DNA from: Podarcis muralis
Lineage: Eukaryota
Direction: 5' to 3'
NCBI RefSeq assembly: GCF_964188315.1
Contig: NC_135670.1
Span: forward strand, 14,756,001-14,820,000
Length of the DNA stretch: 64,000 nucleotides
Both the position numbers and the translations under genes were made by a program. Shown one piece after another: positions 1 to 17,138 of the stretch. Each line of letters opens with the position of its first letter. Positions within the stretch are counted from its first letter, which is position 1. A model generated the notes under the pieces. It ran no database searches. It was not told the DNA's origin and was given only the letters and a program-made list of their open reading frames with translations.

Positions 1-980
1 TTATTGCTATAAAATGTTTTGAACCCAAACATGGCACGCTTCCCTCACTGCCCAACCCTCCCAGTAATTTGTGCTTTTAGACATTTTTGCTAGCTTATAC
101 AACACACTGTGTCACCATGAAGAAACTCTCCAAACCAACCAATGGAGCAGGTGTACATGGGGGAGTTCTTTTTCCAACAGGGAAATGTCAGCATGAAGTG
201 AGGGAATGCCCATTATTTCTTCTGTACTTACTCTTAAACAAGTGCACTGAGAAACAGAAACACAGCCAGAGAAAACCAGTGAAAGAGCCTCAGGCAACCA
301 CCCCACCTTACCATTAACAAGTACATGATAAGAATTACCAACCATGGACTAATGTCACTCTGTTGGTGACATTTCACTGCAAAAAAAAAAATAGTAATAA
401 AATGTATCACCCCTAAAAATCAAGAAGAGCTGGTATTTCACTCTATGCTCCAAAGTAGGAATTAGAAACACAGAAAGCCAACACAGAATATATATATATA
501 TATTTTAGAAAAACCCACTGAATTTAAAAATACAGCAATGTTCTGGTGGTGCAACAATACCTTAGCACATTTTGAATAGTCCAAGTAATTATTATTTACC
601 TGCCAACCTATGAAGAAAAGGATAAACAGCCTTTTTAAAATACAGAATAAAAACAGAATGAACACAGGCAGATCACGCAGATGTGATGTTTCAAATGCAC
701 AAGGCAGGCTATTTAGCAAGTATTACATGGGATGCAGCCAGAAGCTGTTGTCCTTGCTTCCGCCAGTGTCAAAACTCAAGGGAAAGTCATCACCCAGTAG
801 CTGGACCTGTACAACATCATTACCCAGTTTGCAATTTGCCACCAAGTCCACCTGGCAGCAAAGAAACGTACTGCTTTCTGGGTTTGGAGAACCGGAAGAG
901 CTCCATAGGACAAGCCCAAAATCTGTGAACAAAGAGCACTCAATGAGCAGACAGGCAGCGCTCCAGTGAAAGAGGAGACT

Positions 981-3900
981 TTATTCCACAAGGAGGTCGA
1001 ATCTCTCCGCTTCTTCAAACTCCGCGTTCATCTGGGCTGCCCATTCATCCAGCTGTGATACCTGAAAAGGCACAGAGAGGCTTCAGCTAAAAGGGTGGCT
1101 CCACTTTAGTGACCCTACAAGATAACAAACAGGCAGTGGTGTCCAAACTTTTTTTCAAAGAGGGCCAGATTTGATGAAGTGAAGGGCCGTGAGGGCCAAC
1201 CAAAGGGCCAACCTTTTTTTAGGATTGAAGTTGTCGAGATTTTTTTAAGGATTTTACCCCAGGAAGTAAACTGCCACACAGGCCGGATTACACTGACCAG
1301 TGTGCCGGATTAGGCCCCTGAAACAGACTTTGGACATGCCTGGGGTTGGGGCAGCAAAGTGCCAGAAAGGCCAACAGTTTAGCAGAAGGAAACACTAAAG
1401 GGAGAAATGAAATTCTGTGCTCTAGAGTTAAGCAAATTTGAAATGTACATCTTAGTGAATGAACTGTGTGTGGTTAAAAAAAGATTCAAATAATATAAAA
1501 ATAAGCAAACCTATGTTATAGTTTAGGCATATTATAGGGCCCTGTGGAACTGTGCTTGTCACCCTTTTTTAAAAAGAGGAAGCTGTGCTTGTTAAAATCC
1601 CAGAACTCCCTGCCAAGGTGACCCAAGTTCTGAGACAAGACTAAACTCTACTACTGGAAGGGCTCTGCAAATTAAGAACATGAGCCTACAATTATTCTGC
1701 TAGATACGGGGATGGGAAAATATCTAAGCAGGGTGCTAACCATTGGGCAATGCTACTCAGTAGAAGCAGCTTTCAAGGCCTTAGCAAATATGGCCAACCA
1801 TTTCCTTTCTCCACACACGCACCCTCCAGGCAATGTTTGAAATCCCCCAGGTGTTTTGCAACTGGCATGTGTCCAATTGCAACTGTGGAAATCTCAGGAT
1901 GCCAGGTTGGCGACTGACATCTCCATCAGGATGGCTCTCCAGCTTTCTTAAGCAGGTAAGCAGAAGAGCTTATTTATTGCATTTACACTCCACCTTTCCC
2001 CCCGAAGGAGTACATGGTTCACCCACCCCCTAGTTAATTCCTACAATGACATAGATTCCCCATGACATAGATTAAGAAGCTATGACTGGTCCAAGGCCAC
2101 CTAGTGAGCTTCATGACTAGTGGGGATTTGAACCCTGACCTCCCAGGTCCTAGTCCCGACACTCTAACCCAGGGGTAGGCAACCTAAGGTCTGTGGGCCG
2201 GATGCAGCCCAATCGCCTTCTCAATCCAGCCTGCGGATGGTCCGGGAATCAGTGTGTTTTTACATGATTAGAATGTGTCCTTTTATTTAAAATGCATCTC
2301 TGGGTTATTTATGGGGCATAGGAATTCGTTCATCTCCCCCCCCCCCCCCAAATATAGTCTGGCCCACCACATGCTCTGAGGGACGGTGGACCAGCCCAGG
2401 CTGAAAAAGGTTGCTGACCCCTGCTCTAACCACTACATTACCCTGGCTTCCTACAGTACTTCTGCTTTAGGGGCAGCTATATAAATTAAATCAGTGAATA
2501 AAAATGGGGAAAGTAAAATGTCACTCAGAGAAGGATCTGAAATATTTTCCTTGAAGCTTGAATTTGTTTTATTCTAGATTGTTTTATTTGATGTTTTAGT
2601 GTGTTGTAAACTGCTTTTGATATATATTTTTTAAAATATAAAACAGTATAGAAATGAATATTTATAACAACAAATTTCACTGGGGCCGGAGCAGGGTAGA
2701 TGCCTAGACATTCCATTGCAGTGACTATAACCTAGATTTAAGGTGTCATTTAGTGATTAGCTTATACATCTGAGTTTCTAACATTGTTTCCAGGATTGCC
2801 AGGATGTGGCCATTTCTAGCCCTCCAAGGTGCAACTTCAATAGTAAATAACTAGATATAGCACTTTAAAGTGCTCGATAAGGCTTCCTGTGCATTATTTA
2901 GTTGAGATCCTTACAACAAGACCATGTTACACTTTTCACAGGTGTAGGGAAATATTTTTCAGCCACAAGGCCAGATCTTTATCTCTCCAATCCCTGGGAA
3001 GCCCATTTTGACAAGATGGTTGGGGACCCCCACATGTCAATCACTTGACATTGCAGTGATGTTAGGCGACTCTTTTCTTTTCAGCAGTGGAGCCCCAGAA
3101 GCCCAGTTGGTGCAGACTTTAATGTCCATGTTATGTCCCCCTTTCATGCTTCCCCCACTCAGTCTGAAATAAAAAAAAATTCCTTCCAGTAGCACCTTAA
3201 AGACCAACTAAGTTAGTTCTTGGTATGAGCTTTCGTGTGCATGCACACTTCTTCAGATACACTGGCAGTGTATCTGAAGAAGTGTGCATGCACACGAAAG
3301 CTCATACCAAGAACTAACTTAGTTGGTCTTTAAGGTGCTACTGGAAGGAATATTTTTTTTTTACTATGGCAGACCAACACGGCTACCTATCTGTATCCGT
3401 CTGAAATGTTATACTTACATCAAATTGTGGCATCTTCTTCTTCCTTCGTTTTTCCCTGACAAATGAGATACCTGGGATGTCTGTGTCTCTCTCATTGATG
3501 GCTCCAGGCTCTGCCACTGTTGACTTCTGGGGAACAGCTGTGTTCACAGGAGAGATGTTGGCGAGCTCACCTGGAACCAGAAGCTTATCAAAGCCAAAAA
3601 GAGTTTGCCGCTTGACTGGGCCATGGGTAGGTGTGGAAGTGTCCGACAGGCCGGAGCTGGGAGACTCTTGTCGCCTCCCCAGGAAACTGTAGCTTAAGGG
3701 GTTCTCCAGGCGGCTGTAAGACCGGCGTACTCTTTTTGGCCTGGCCAGTTCTTGCTCGTCATCAGCACTGACTGGGAGCAGGAGGTCGGTCCCTGCCGGT
3801 AAGGCCTCGGCCTCAGGATGCAAAGAGCTGTGCAGGGGAGAAGGCTTCAGTTCCACCTTGGCATTACTTTCAACCTCTGTGGTTCTCAGAGGAATGTTTT

Positions 3901-6900
3901 CCTTGTCTTCTTTTAATGAATTCTGTAAGAGAAGATGCAAGCTTAACCTTCAATAGGAAAGGCTTCTGCAGGTGACAGACTTAGCACTCTATTCTGAATA
4001 ATGCTGAAAAGAGTACTCCAGCAAGAATGCCAAATGATTCACTAATTTCAGCTGATTAACTACCTGCCTTGGAACAAATTAATTTAAGCCTATTTGCATA
4101 TAGCCAAAGTAACAATGTTATGCACCTTTCAGGTATCAAATACAGTATATCCATATTCATTTGTAAATTAACAACCCATCACATTGCGAGTTGGGATCAT
4201 CTTTAAATAGCTCTTTTTTCATTTCCTTGTGCAGTGACACACCAGAATCAAAGAGGCTTAAAATAATAATTATAATAGGAACAAGTGTGTCCGTCATTTA
4301 CAGCATCCCTGCTCCAACATTGGCAAGTTAAAGTTCACAGCCCTGATGGAAAGGCGTGGCCTTTCTGTTAACCACAGAACCTGGTGCTTGAGACTTACCC
4401 TTGGACTCCGACGAGGAATTAAGGCTGTTTCTTTTATCTGGTTTGGAAAAAGGAAAAGAAAACCCAAATGAAAAAGCATTCTGCTGCCAGAACTGCTGCT
4501 CCTGTGGATCATGCCGTCTGAAGTGGTTGCCTCCCTGCTTCAGAGGGAGTGCAATCTCATCCAGAACAGGTAACAGAACTATTTCTTAGACATGGAACCA
4601 TTCTTCCACAGGGCATCTTTCTTGCCAGGATTCAGATTCAGTTAACTGGCCCAGACCAACACTGCATTCAGGGTCTGATCCAGGGTCTGTATGTCCCCTC
4701 CTGATCTTCAAATTACCGTATTTTTCGCACCATAGGACGCACTTTTTCCCTCCTAAAAAGCAAGGGAAAATGTGTGTGCGTCCTATGGAGCGAATGCAGG
4801 GGGGAGGCAGGCGGGGAAAGCCCTCAAGAGCCGCACACAAGCTTCGTGCGCTCTTGCGGGCTTTTCTCCAGGAGGGAGAAGGGACTGACTGGCTGTAGCA
4901 GTCCCTTCTCCCTCCTGGGGGAAAAGCCCCCAAGAGCGGCACCCTCTTTAAAGGCTGTGCGGCTCCTGCAGGCTTTTCTACGAGGTGGGGGAATCCGCCC
5001 ACCTCCCAGAAAAGCCAGGAGAAGCCGCACCGCCCCTTTAAAGAGCGTGCGGCTTCTGCGGGAGGTGGGGGAAGCTGCAGCAGATTCCCTCCTCCCGGGC
5101 TCCCTTTGAGGCGGCAATGTGGGAGGGGAGCAGCTTACACTCGTGTAAGCAGCTCCTCTCCCACTTTCCTCCTTCAAAGCAACTACGGAGGAGGGAAGGA
5201 AGAGGACCATGGATCCTCCGCTGCTGGAGGCTTCAGCAGATTCCCCCCTCCGTGATTGCTTTGAAGCAGGAAAGTGGGAGGGGGGCAGCTTACACTCGTG
5301 TAAGCAGCTCCTCTCCCACTTTCCTGCTTCAAAGCAACTACGGAGGAGGGAAGGAAGGGGACCATGGATCCTCCGCTGCTGGAGGCTGCAGAGGATTCCT
5401 CCTCCGTGATTGCTTTGAAGCAGGAAAGTGGGAGGGGGGCAGCTTACACTCCTGTAAGCAGCTCCTCTCCCACTTTCCTGCTTCAAAGCAACTACGGAGG
5501 AGGGAAGGAAGGGGACCATGGATCCTCCGCTGCTGGAGGCTTCAGCAGATTCCCCCCCTCCGTGATTGCTTTGAAGCAGGAAAGTGGGAGGGGGGCAGCT
5601 TACACTCGGGTAAGCAGCTCCTCTCCCACTTTCCTGCTTCAAAGCAACTACGGAGGAGGGAAGGAAGGGGACCATGGATCCTCCGCTGCTGGAGGCTTCA
5701 GCAGATTCCCCCCCTCCGTGATTGCTTTGAAGCAGGAAAGTGGGAGGGGGGCAGCTTACACTCGGGTAAGCAGCTCCTCTCCCACTTTCCTGCTTCAAAG
5801 CAACTACGGAGGAGGGAAGGAAGGGGACCATGGATCCTCCGCTGCTGGAGGCTGCAGAGGATTCCTCCTCCGTGATTGCTGGGAGCTTCTCTGGGCAGGA
5901 ATTCCCTCAGCTTAAGTGGGGTGGGGGAAGTGTGGCAGGTAGGGGGGTACCTACCTAGACAGTGAAGCCACATGTCTCTCCAATGAAAATTGGGAGTGGG
6001 CATTGTGTGAAGTGGCTGTGGATCCCCTGCCGCAGAACTGTAGGACTGTATAGAGTTGGGAGGGCCACCCGAGGGTCATCTAGCCCAGCCCCCTCACAAT
6101 GTAGGAATCACATCTAAAGAACGCCAGGCAGATGGTCCCCCAACTGCTGCTTAAAAGCCTCCAGTGGTGGAGACCCCAAACACCTTCCGAGGTCATAGAA
6201 TTGCAGGGTTGGAAGGGAACCCCAGGAGTCATCTAGTCCAGCCCCGGTGGACAGCAGGCGCAATCCATCCCATTGCGCAAGACTAAAGATGCTGCGCAAG
6301 GCTAAAGAAGAAGCCAAGGCAGCGAGCGGGATGGATTGCGCTTGCTGCCTTGTCTTTTTCTTTAGCTGCACTGGAGAGGTTTAGCTCCTGGCTGGAGAGG
6401 TTGCGCGGCTATGGACCCCACGCGCTGTCTTGGCTTCTTTGCTCTTTGGGGCTGGGGGGGGGGGAACCCGGGCTTCCCCCGCAGCCCCGAGAAGCTCTGG
6501 GAGAAGTGGATAGGCTGCGTGCAGCCTGTCCGTTGCTCTTTGGGGCTGGGGGGGGGGAATAATATTTTTTTCCTTGATTTCCCCCTCTAAAAACTAGGTG
6601 CGTCCTGTGGTCCGGTGCGTCCAATAGAGCGAAAAATACGGTAAGGTAGATGCACTATAGCATTAAAATTTTGCCAATATTTGGATTTACTTGTTCTTTA
6701 AGAGCCAAGTGTAGATGAAAAGAAGAAGTGGTGAGCAGGTGTGAAGGGCAGAGTATCACACATCTACAAGCAGCAGGGAGATTTTTTGGTGGTAGCAGCT
6801 TTTCCAACCTCCATCAGAAGCTCCAGCATGTCTTCTTTCAGTACAATTCTTCAAAAGATGTTGAGTTATAGTCCAATTCTTAGAGCAACCAGTTAACTAC

Positions 6901-8927
6901 TAAGGAAATTTGTGAATTTCAAAACAGGAAACTTGATTTAACTATCTTTGCATCTGGTCACCCTAAAGCAGTGTTTCCCAACCGGTGTTCCGCGGCACAC
7001 TAGTGTGCCGCGAGACGTTGCCTGGTGTGCCGCGAGATGTTGCCTGGAGGGAGGCAGGCGAGTCGGGCGGCGAGAGGCGGGGCGGCGGCGGCGAGGAGAG
7101 GCCGCCCAGCGCGGGGCTCTCGCCGTCTGCCTGCCTGGCTGCCTGCGTGGCGCTGACGTCACGGGGCTGTAACGTGCCCCACATAGGCACACGCGGGGCG
7201 GTGAGCGAGCTCCCTCCCACATCCCATCGCCGCTCGCTTCGGCCGGCCTACTGGGCTGTCGCAGGCGGAAGGCCTGCGCATGCGCGAGGTTTTAGCGCCT
7301 TCGGGATTCCCTTCACGCCTTCCTCCTCCCGGGTCCTTGAGAGCACGGGAAGCGGCAGCGCGAGACCGGCGTTGAGCCTGGTAGGTATTGCGCTTGCCAA
7401 GGCAGTCATTTGGGAAATGAAAACTTGCAAAGCAAGCAACCAGTTCAATCTGAAGTACGTGTATGCTTAATATCCTGTATCTGAAACCTGTTCTGCCCCC
7501 TCCCCCACACTTGGTGCCATTTTCATCTACACATGCAGCAGAGTAAGTTGACCCAGAATAGTACCAATTCAGATGGCAGATGGGAGAATGACAGTGCTGA
7601 ATGCTTTCCCAGGTAGAACAGTCCCTGCAAATAAAAACCTAGCATATTTGGAAGAGGGATGCTAGCCTAACCATTACCTTCTATGCTGTTACTATTTTTT
7701 TTTTTTTTTACATAAGTAAAAAGTGACCTTTCCCCATCTGGCATGGTGGTGTGCCTCGAGATTTTTTCCATGAAACAAGTGTGCCTTTGCCCAAAAAAGG
7801 TTGGGAAACACTGCCCTAAAGAGTGGCATGTAAGTACAAAACATTAATCTGAAGGGGATACTATGTTGCAGTTTAGGCTCTAATCTGGGTCCTGGGTGCA
7901 AAGAGGCTAAAGGTCAGGGTGGAGAGAGAGAGAAAATCCATGGATGGCTCTCTCTGCACTAGCAGAAAATGGCACGAGGCCTCTGAAACTCTACGTACCT
8001 GCCGATTTCGTGGCATGATCTTTTTCACAGTGACCGGCCGCATTGCAAATGGTCCAGATGTCTGTGGAGAAGACAAGTAACAATTGAAGTGAGTGTTGAA
8101 AGGGAACCTTAGTAGAAAGGGTTATGCTCCTTCTGTCCAAAAGAACCCCAACACCAGCCTTTTGCTAACAATTCCCTAGGCACACCAGCTGTCAAAAAAG
8201 CACATTGGTAGAAGCAGTCAAAGTTCAAGCAGGAGGAGCGCACCCAGGGAAAACACACAGGCTGAGGTGTTTCCTGCCCTGATCGCAGCCTGGGCAGGAA
8301 AACAGGATAAACGTTTCCACCCACCAGTTTGCCGCCTGGCACTTTGCTCGCCACCGGGCTCGGCTTCCCCTGCGACACGGGCTGAGCCGAGGGCGACGCG
8401 ATCCTCTCCGACCGGCGCCGCCGCGAGGGAGAAGCAGCATCAGCATTAACAGCACCTGCGAGAAAGGGACCGAGAGAGGGGGGCGCTCAGCAGCAGCTAA
8501 CCCCGGGGGGATCCGCCAAGATCTCCCGCGATCCCCCTGGGCGGCCGCTCTGGATGTTGCTCGTTCCCGCCGCCGCCCCAGCAGCGGCCACCCCAGGCGG
8601 GCTGGGCTCGGGCAAGACAGACGCCCGTCCTGGGGGCAGGATCCCTTCGTGCGCAGCCAGGCCGCCAGCCAACGGGACCCCACAGCCGAGGGGGCCTGAA
8701 GGTCGCCCCAAAGGGAGGGAAGAGCGGGGCTAGAGGCGCTGAAGGAGAGACGGAAACGGCCTGACCGACTGCCGCCCCCCACAAAATGGGCGCCTCTTCC
8801 TCTCTTTGCCCCCCACCGCCCCCTGCTGATAACAGCTCTCTGGTAACGTGACCCCTCCCCGCTCACCTGCCCGGGCTTCCCCAGCGGAGCGAGCCCTCCT
8901 GGCCCCTGCGCGGCCTCCTCCCGCCAT
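981..8927 (-). CDS. CDCA5: Sororin (cell division cycle-associated 5), 6 coding exons, about 292 aa
   Basis: Exons complement(8867-8927, 8325-8455, 7999-8061, 4399-4437, 3419-3922, 981-1061) total 879 nt with GT-AG junctions in consistent phase. Motifs: KEN box (EDKENIP), RRSPR, RRSYSRLE, FGF (TLFGFDKLL) and the C-terminal sororin domain LDEWAAQMNAEFEEAERFDLLVE*. The exon-2 donor at 8325 is the least certain boundary. Confidence 0.93.
1130..1342. mobile_element. hAT-type MITE
   Basis: Imperfect TIRs CAGGCA..TGTCCAAA / TTTGGACATGCCTG with gggcc-rich subterminal motifs. TSD not recognisable. Confidence 0.5.
2170..2423. mobile_element. hAT MITE inserted into a SINE
   Basis: TIRs CAGGGGTAGGCAACCT / AGGTTGCTGACCCCTG. 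8-bp TSD CTCTAACC at 2162-2169 and 2424-2431. It interrupts a tRNA-SINE-like sequence (ggggatttgaaccc...ctctaaccactac). Confidence 0.85.
3179..3351. mobile_element. Palindromic Penelope-like element remnant with minimal hammerhead ribozyme motif
   Basis: Arms 3179-3263 and 3267-3351 are exact reverse complements with a 3-nt loop (GGC). Contains GTAT-CTGAAGA-A-GTGTGCATGCACAC-GAAA-GC-TC-ATAC at 3270-3307. Confidence 0.8.
4716..6641. mobile_element. Non-autonomous TcMar (Tc2-like) DNA transposon with internal tandem array
   Basis: TA|CCGTATTTTTCGC...GGACGCAC at the left and GTGCGTCC...GCGAAAAATACGG|TA at the right (about 27-bp imperfect TIRs, TA TSD). No transposase ORF. Confidence 0.8.
5100..5880. 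repeat. Tandem repeat, 154-156 bp unit, about 5 copies
   Basis: The anchor GTGATTGCT recurs at 5252, 5406, 5562, 5718 and 5872; the copies are nearly identical. Confidence 0.95.
6969..7813. mobile_element. Non-autonomous hAT element, 845 bp, with GC-rich cargo
   Basis: 15-bp perfect TIRs CAGTGTTTCCCAACC / GGTTGGGAAACACTG. Perfect 8-bp TSD CCCTAAAG at 6961-6968 and 7814-7821. Confidence 0.9.
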
Positions 8928-8929
8928 TG

Positions 8930-9300
8930 CGGCCTGCGGGCAGCTTCGCTTCAAGATCCTCTTCGCCGTTGAATTCGCCCGCCACCGCTTCGGCGGAAGT
9001 AGCGTAAGGGAAGAGGCGCGGCAAGGGAAGCGAGTCGCCGCTCTAGCGCCATCTTGGGAGAGGCCCCCGCAGCCGCCCCGCGCGGCGCTCTCGCGAGGTT
9101 AGCGCCGCTCGCGTGACGCTGGGGATGATGCCATCAGAGCGCGTCCTTCCCGGAAGAGACGTGGCAACAGGGCCAACAGGCGAAGGCATCGTCGTCCCCC
9201 CTCCCTCCTCCTCCGCCTTTCTTCCTCCCGTCATGGCCACGCCTCTTCCCCGGAATCTGTAAGGGGAATCCGTGAGTATCGGCGGACCTTCGCGCGGGGC
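8930..9300. promoter_or_regulatory. CDCA5/ZFPL1 bidirectional CpG-island promoter
   Basis: CpG-rich over about 8250-9560. YY1-type CGCCATCTT 9047-9055, TCTCGCGAGG 9089-9098, several CGGAAG ETS cores, CHR-like CTTGAA (minus strand, 8950-8955), MYB-like CAACGG (minus strand, 8966-8971). Confidence 0.7.
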
Positions 9301-10015
9301 CGGTAAATAAGGGCTAGGGCGCCAAGGGATCGCGTCACTCGGACGCCTGGGTTCCTTTCCTGGTGGAGTGCAGGAGTCCTGGGTTCCTGACAGGGCGGGG
9401 CTGCAGAGCAGGGCGCCCGGATCCCCTTCTGTGAAAGAGGAGCGGCAGTGGGGCGATCACTGCTCCTGGGTTCTTCGCGGGGCGTAAGCGTCGCTGGATC
9501 CGGGCGGGGCGGCGGCTGGGATGCTTGGCTGGAAGAGATGACGATTGGCATGTGGGTGGGGGGAGAGAAAAGCTTCTGTGGTTTTTAAACATCCCAGTCT
9601 TGAGGGTGCTTTCGTGGAGATATCTCCAGTGCGCCTGGGACTAACTTGGGTAGGACAGTACTGTATTTGTGTGGGCAGAGTATTGCTCTCTCCGTGGGGT
9701 GATTCTGGTATAGCTCCTCTATAGAGCAGTAATAGTTGCCTGAAAGATCAGGGAAATCAACAGGTCTAGCTTTCTCTGCTTTTGCAGCGCCATGTTCCTC
9801 AGTGTTACCTGCTGTGTTTTGGGGTGGGAGGTGGAGGGGAGAGTGCAGATGCTGTGAGAGCATTCAGATGGTGGCAGTGTAGATTCTGGACTCTGCTCGT
9901 GAGGAACTTGTAGGAATTGGAGCTAATGATGAAGACTTGGGGTGCAGGTTGTGCTTTGCTAATCTGGTATCTAGGTGGGGTTGGAAAGCCTTCATCCAGG
10001 CAAGGCAGTAATCCC

Positions 10016-10016
<1 letters not shown>

Positions 10017-10063
<47 letters not shown>

Positions 10064-10064
10064 T
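10017..10064. repeat. (CTTT)12 microsatellite just before the ZFPL1 first coding exon acceptor
   Basis: Direct reading of the sequence. Confidence 0.95.
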
Positions 10065-10090
10065 CCTTGCCTAGCTTTCTTTGCTCTTGA

Positions 10091-15424
<5,334 letters not shown>

Positions 15425-17138
15425 GTGGGGGGGCAGCCTCTTCCCTGCTGGGCTCCCTTCTATGTTCTGGGCTCCCCTGCCCGCTCCTGGAGAAAGTTGG
15501 ACCGAAGAGAGTCCTGGAATAGCTCTTTGGTTGCAATCTCAGCCCCTCCCAGGAAGAAACAGGGGACCACGGCCACTCCTGACAGCTTGGACAAAGAGAC
15601 TCTGGTGAAGGAGTCGCCCTCTTCCTTCTGTCTTCTGCAAACTCAAGCTGGAGCTGGGAACTCTCTTTTTGCATTTTTGGGGGGGCCCAGAGAGCACCCC
15701 ACCCCTTTCCTGCTGCATCCAAATGCCGGGATGGTCACAGGCAAGGGAGGCTCGCTTTTCCTGGGCATCTCCCCATGACACTACAGAGAGGAATAACAGT
15801 TCAGTGGTCTGCATCTGCTTTTTCTGACTACCACTCAATGGAGTACCCCCAGTCTTCCTCCGTTCACTGATGTGAAATGACAGCTGCTGAGTCAGCAGAG
15901 GAGCTCTCTCGCTCCCCCCACCCCCGTCACACACACACCAACCCCCAAAGTTTCATTGGCTTTCTTTTACTGAAGTGAAAAGCCCATCCTCTTCGCTCTG
16001 CTTTTACTAGCAGCTGAGATACTCTGTTTTGTTTTTCTCAGCTTTGATGTTCATAATTATAAAGGAACTATGGAAACCAAGCACTCCCCATGCACCCCAG
16101 CTCCCTCCCAGTGCCCTGTAACAGTGTTGGTAAAAGAGTGGGACCAAGTGGGGGTGGGGAGGAGTTTCCTCCCTTTGACCAATTTGGGGTGGGAGCGGGT
16201 TTCAGTAATAGGCTTCTGCTGTTTCAGACCTGCCTCAGTGCTTTGCTGTGGTCTATCTGAATTCCATGAACATAGGGAAGCCCTACTTCAATCTCCTTTT
16301 GGTCCTGGCAGGGCTGGTGCGTGGGGGGCCAAGCACTTTACCTAATGCAGTTGGTTTTCCAGCACAAGGGTCTGCACCATTCCCGATAGCTTTCCTTAGC
16401 ACAGCTGTAGCCCCAAGGAGAAGGTGCCTGCTTCTTGCACAGCCCATCTTTGCCCTGCCAAGTGTGCACCTCTCAACAGGGCGTTTGCAGCTGGAGAGAG
16501 CACTGGGGAGGAGGGAGCAGAATCCCCTTACCACAATACTCTGGCAGTAATGGAGACATGGATAAATGGCTCATTGTCAGCTCAGCAGAATGCTGAAATA
16601 GCAGAAATCTAACTGAAAGCTGGCAGCACAAGTGGGGTTTGTTTTTCCTGCTTTAACAGTGCAGTGGCTGGGATCGTGGGTTCCATGTTAAGTTTATTGT
16701 GGCAAATGTGATGCCTGTGTACCAATCCCAAGCACCACCTCTCTCTGCTCATCCACCCCCCAGATCTCACGTTGCAGGGCTGGTAGCAGCTGGGTGATTC
16801 TCAGACCCTGCTCTTCAACTGAGAGGTGCTGGCCCCATTCATAGCAGTTTGGAAAGGGAGTGGGGCACACAAGACTTCCCATGATCCCTTGCAGCAAGGA
16901 AAGGTTATTTGGAGGCATTGCCCCAGCAACGTGACTGTGTGGCTCACTGACCACCTCAATTCTCTCTTGGTGAAAATACAAGACTTTATTACACCTGAAG
17001 CAATAGACCTGTTTGTTTGTTTGTTGGTGTTCCATTAAACTCTTGGTTAACCCGAAACTGTATTTGCTCCCTCCTTTCTTCCTTGGAGGCAAACTGGAAC
17101 AAGCCTGGGGAGTGCACCCCCCTTTTGAGAATCGCTGC

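Noticed and set aside
5100-5880. Regularly spaced repeats as a CRISPR-like array
   Set aside because: The units are contiguous with no unique spacers, the context is eukaryotic, and there are no cas genes.
4824-5915. Long ORFs (335, 252 and 183 aa) on both strands
   Set aside because: They are translations of the 155-bp tandem array inside a non-autonomous transposon: repeating peptides in several frames with no domain.
8225-8866. 213-aa minus-strand ORF at the CDCA5 5' end
   Set aside because: It starts at the GTG of a splice donor, runs through GC-rich intron 1, and is out of frame with the real exon 2.
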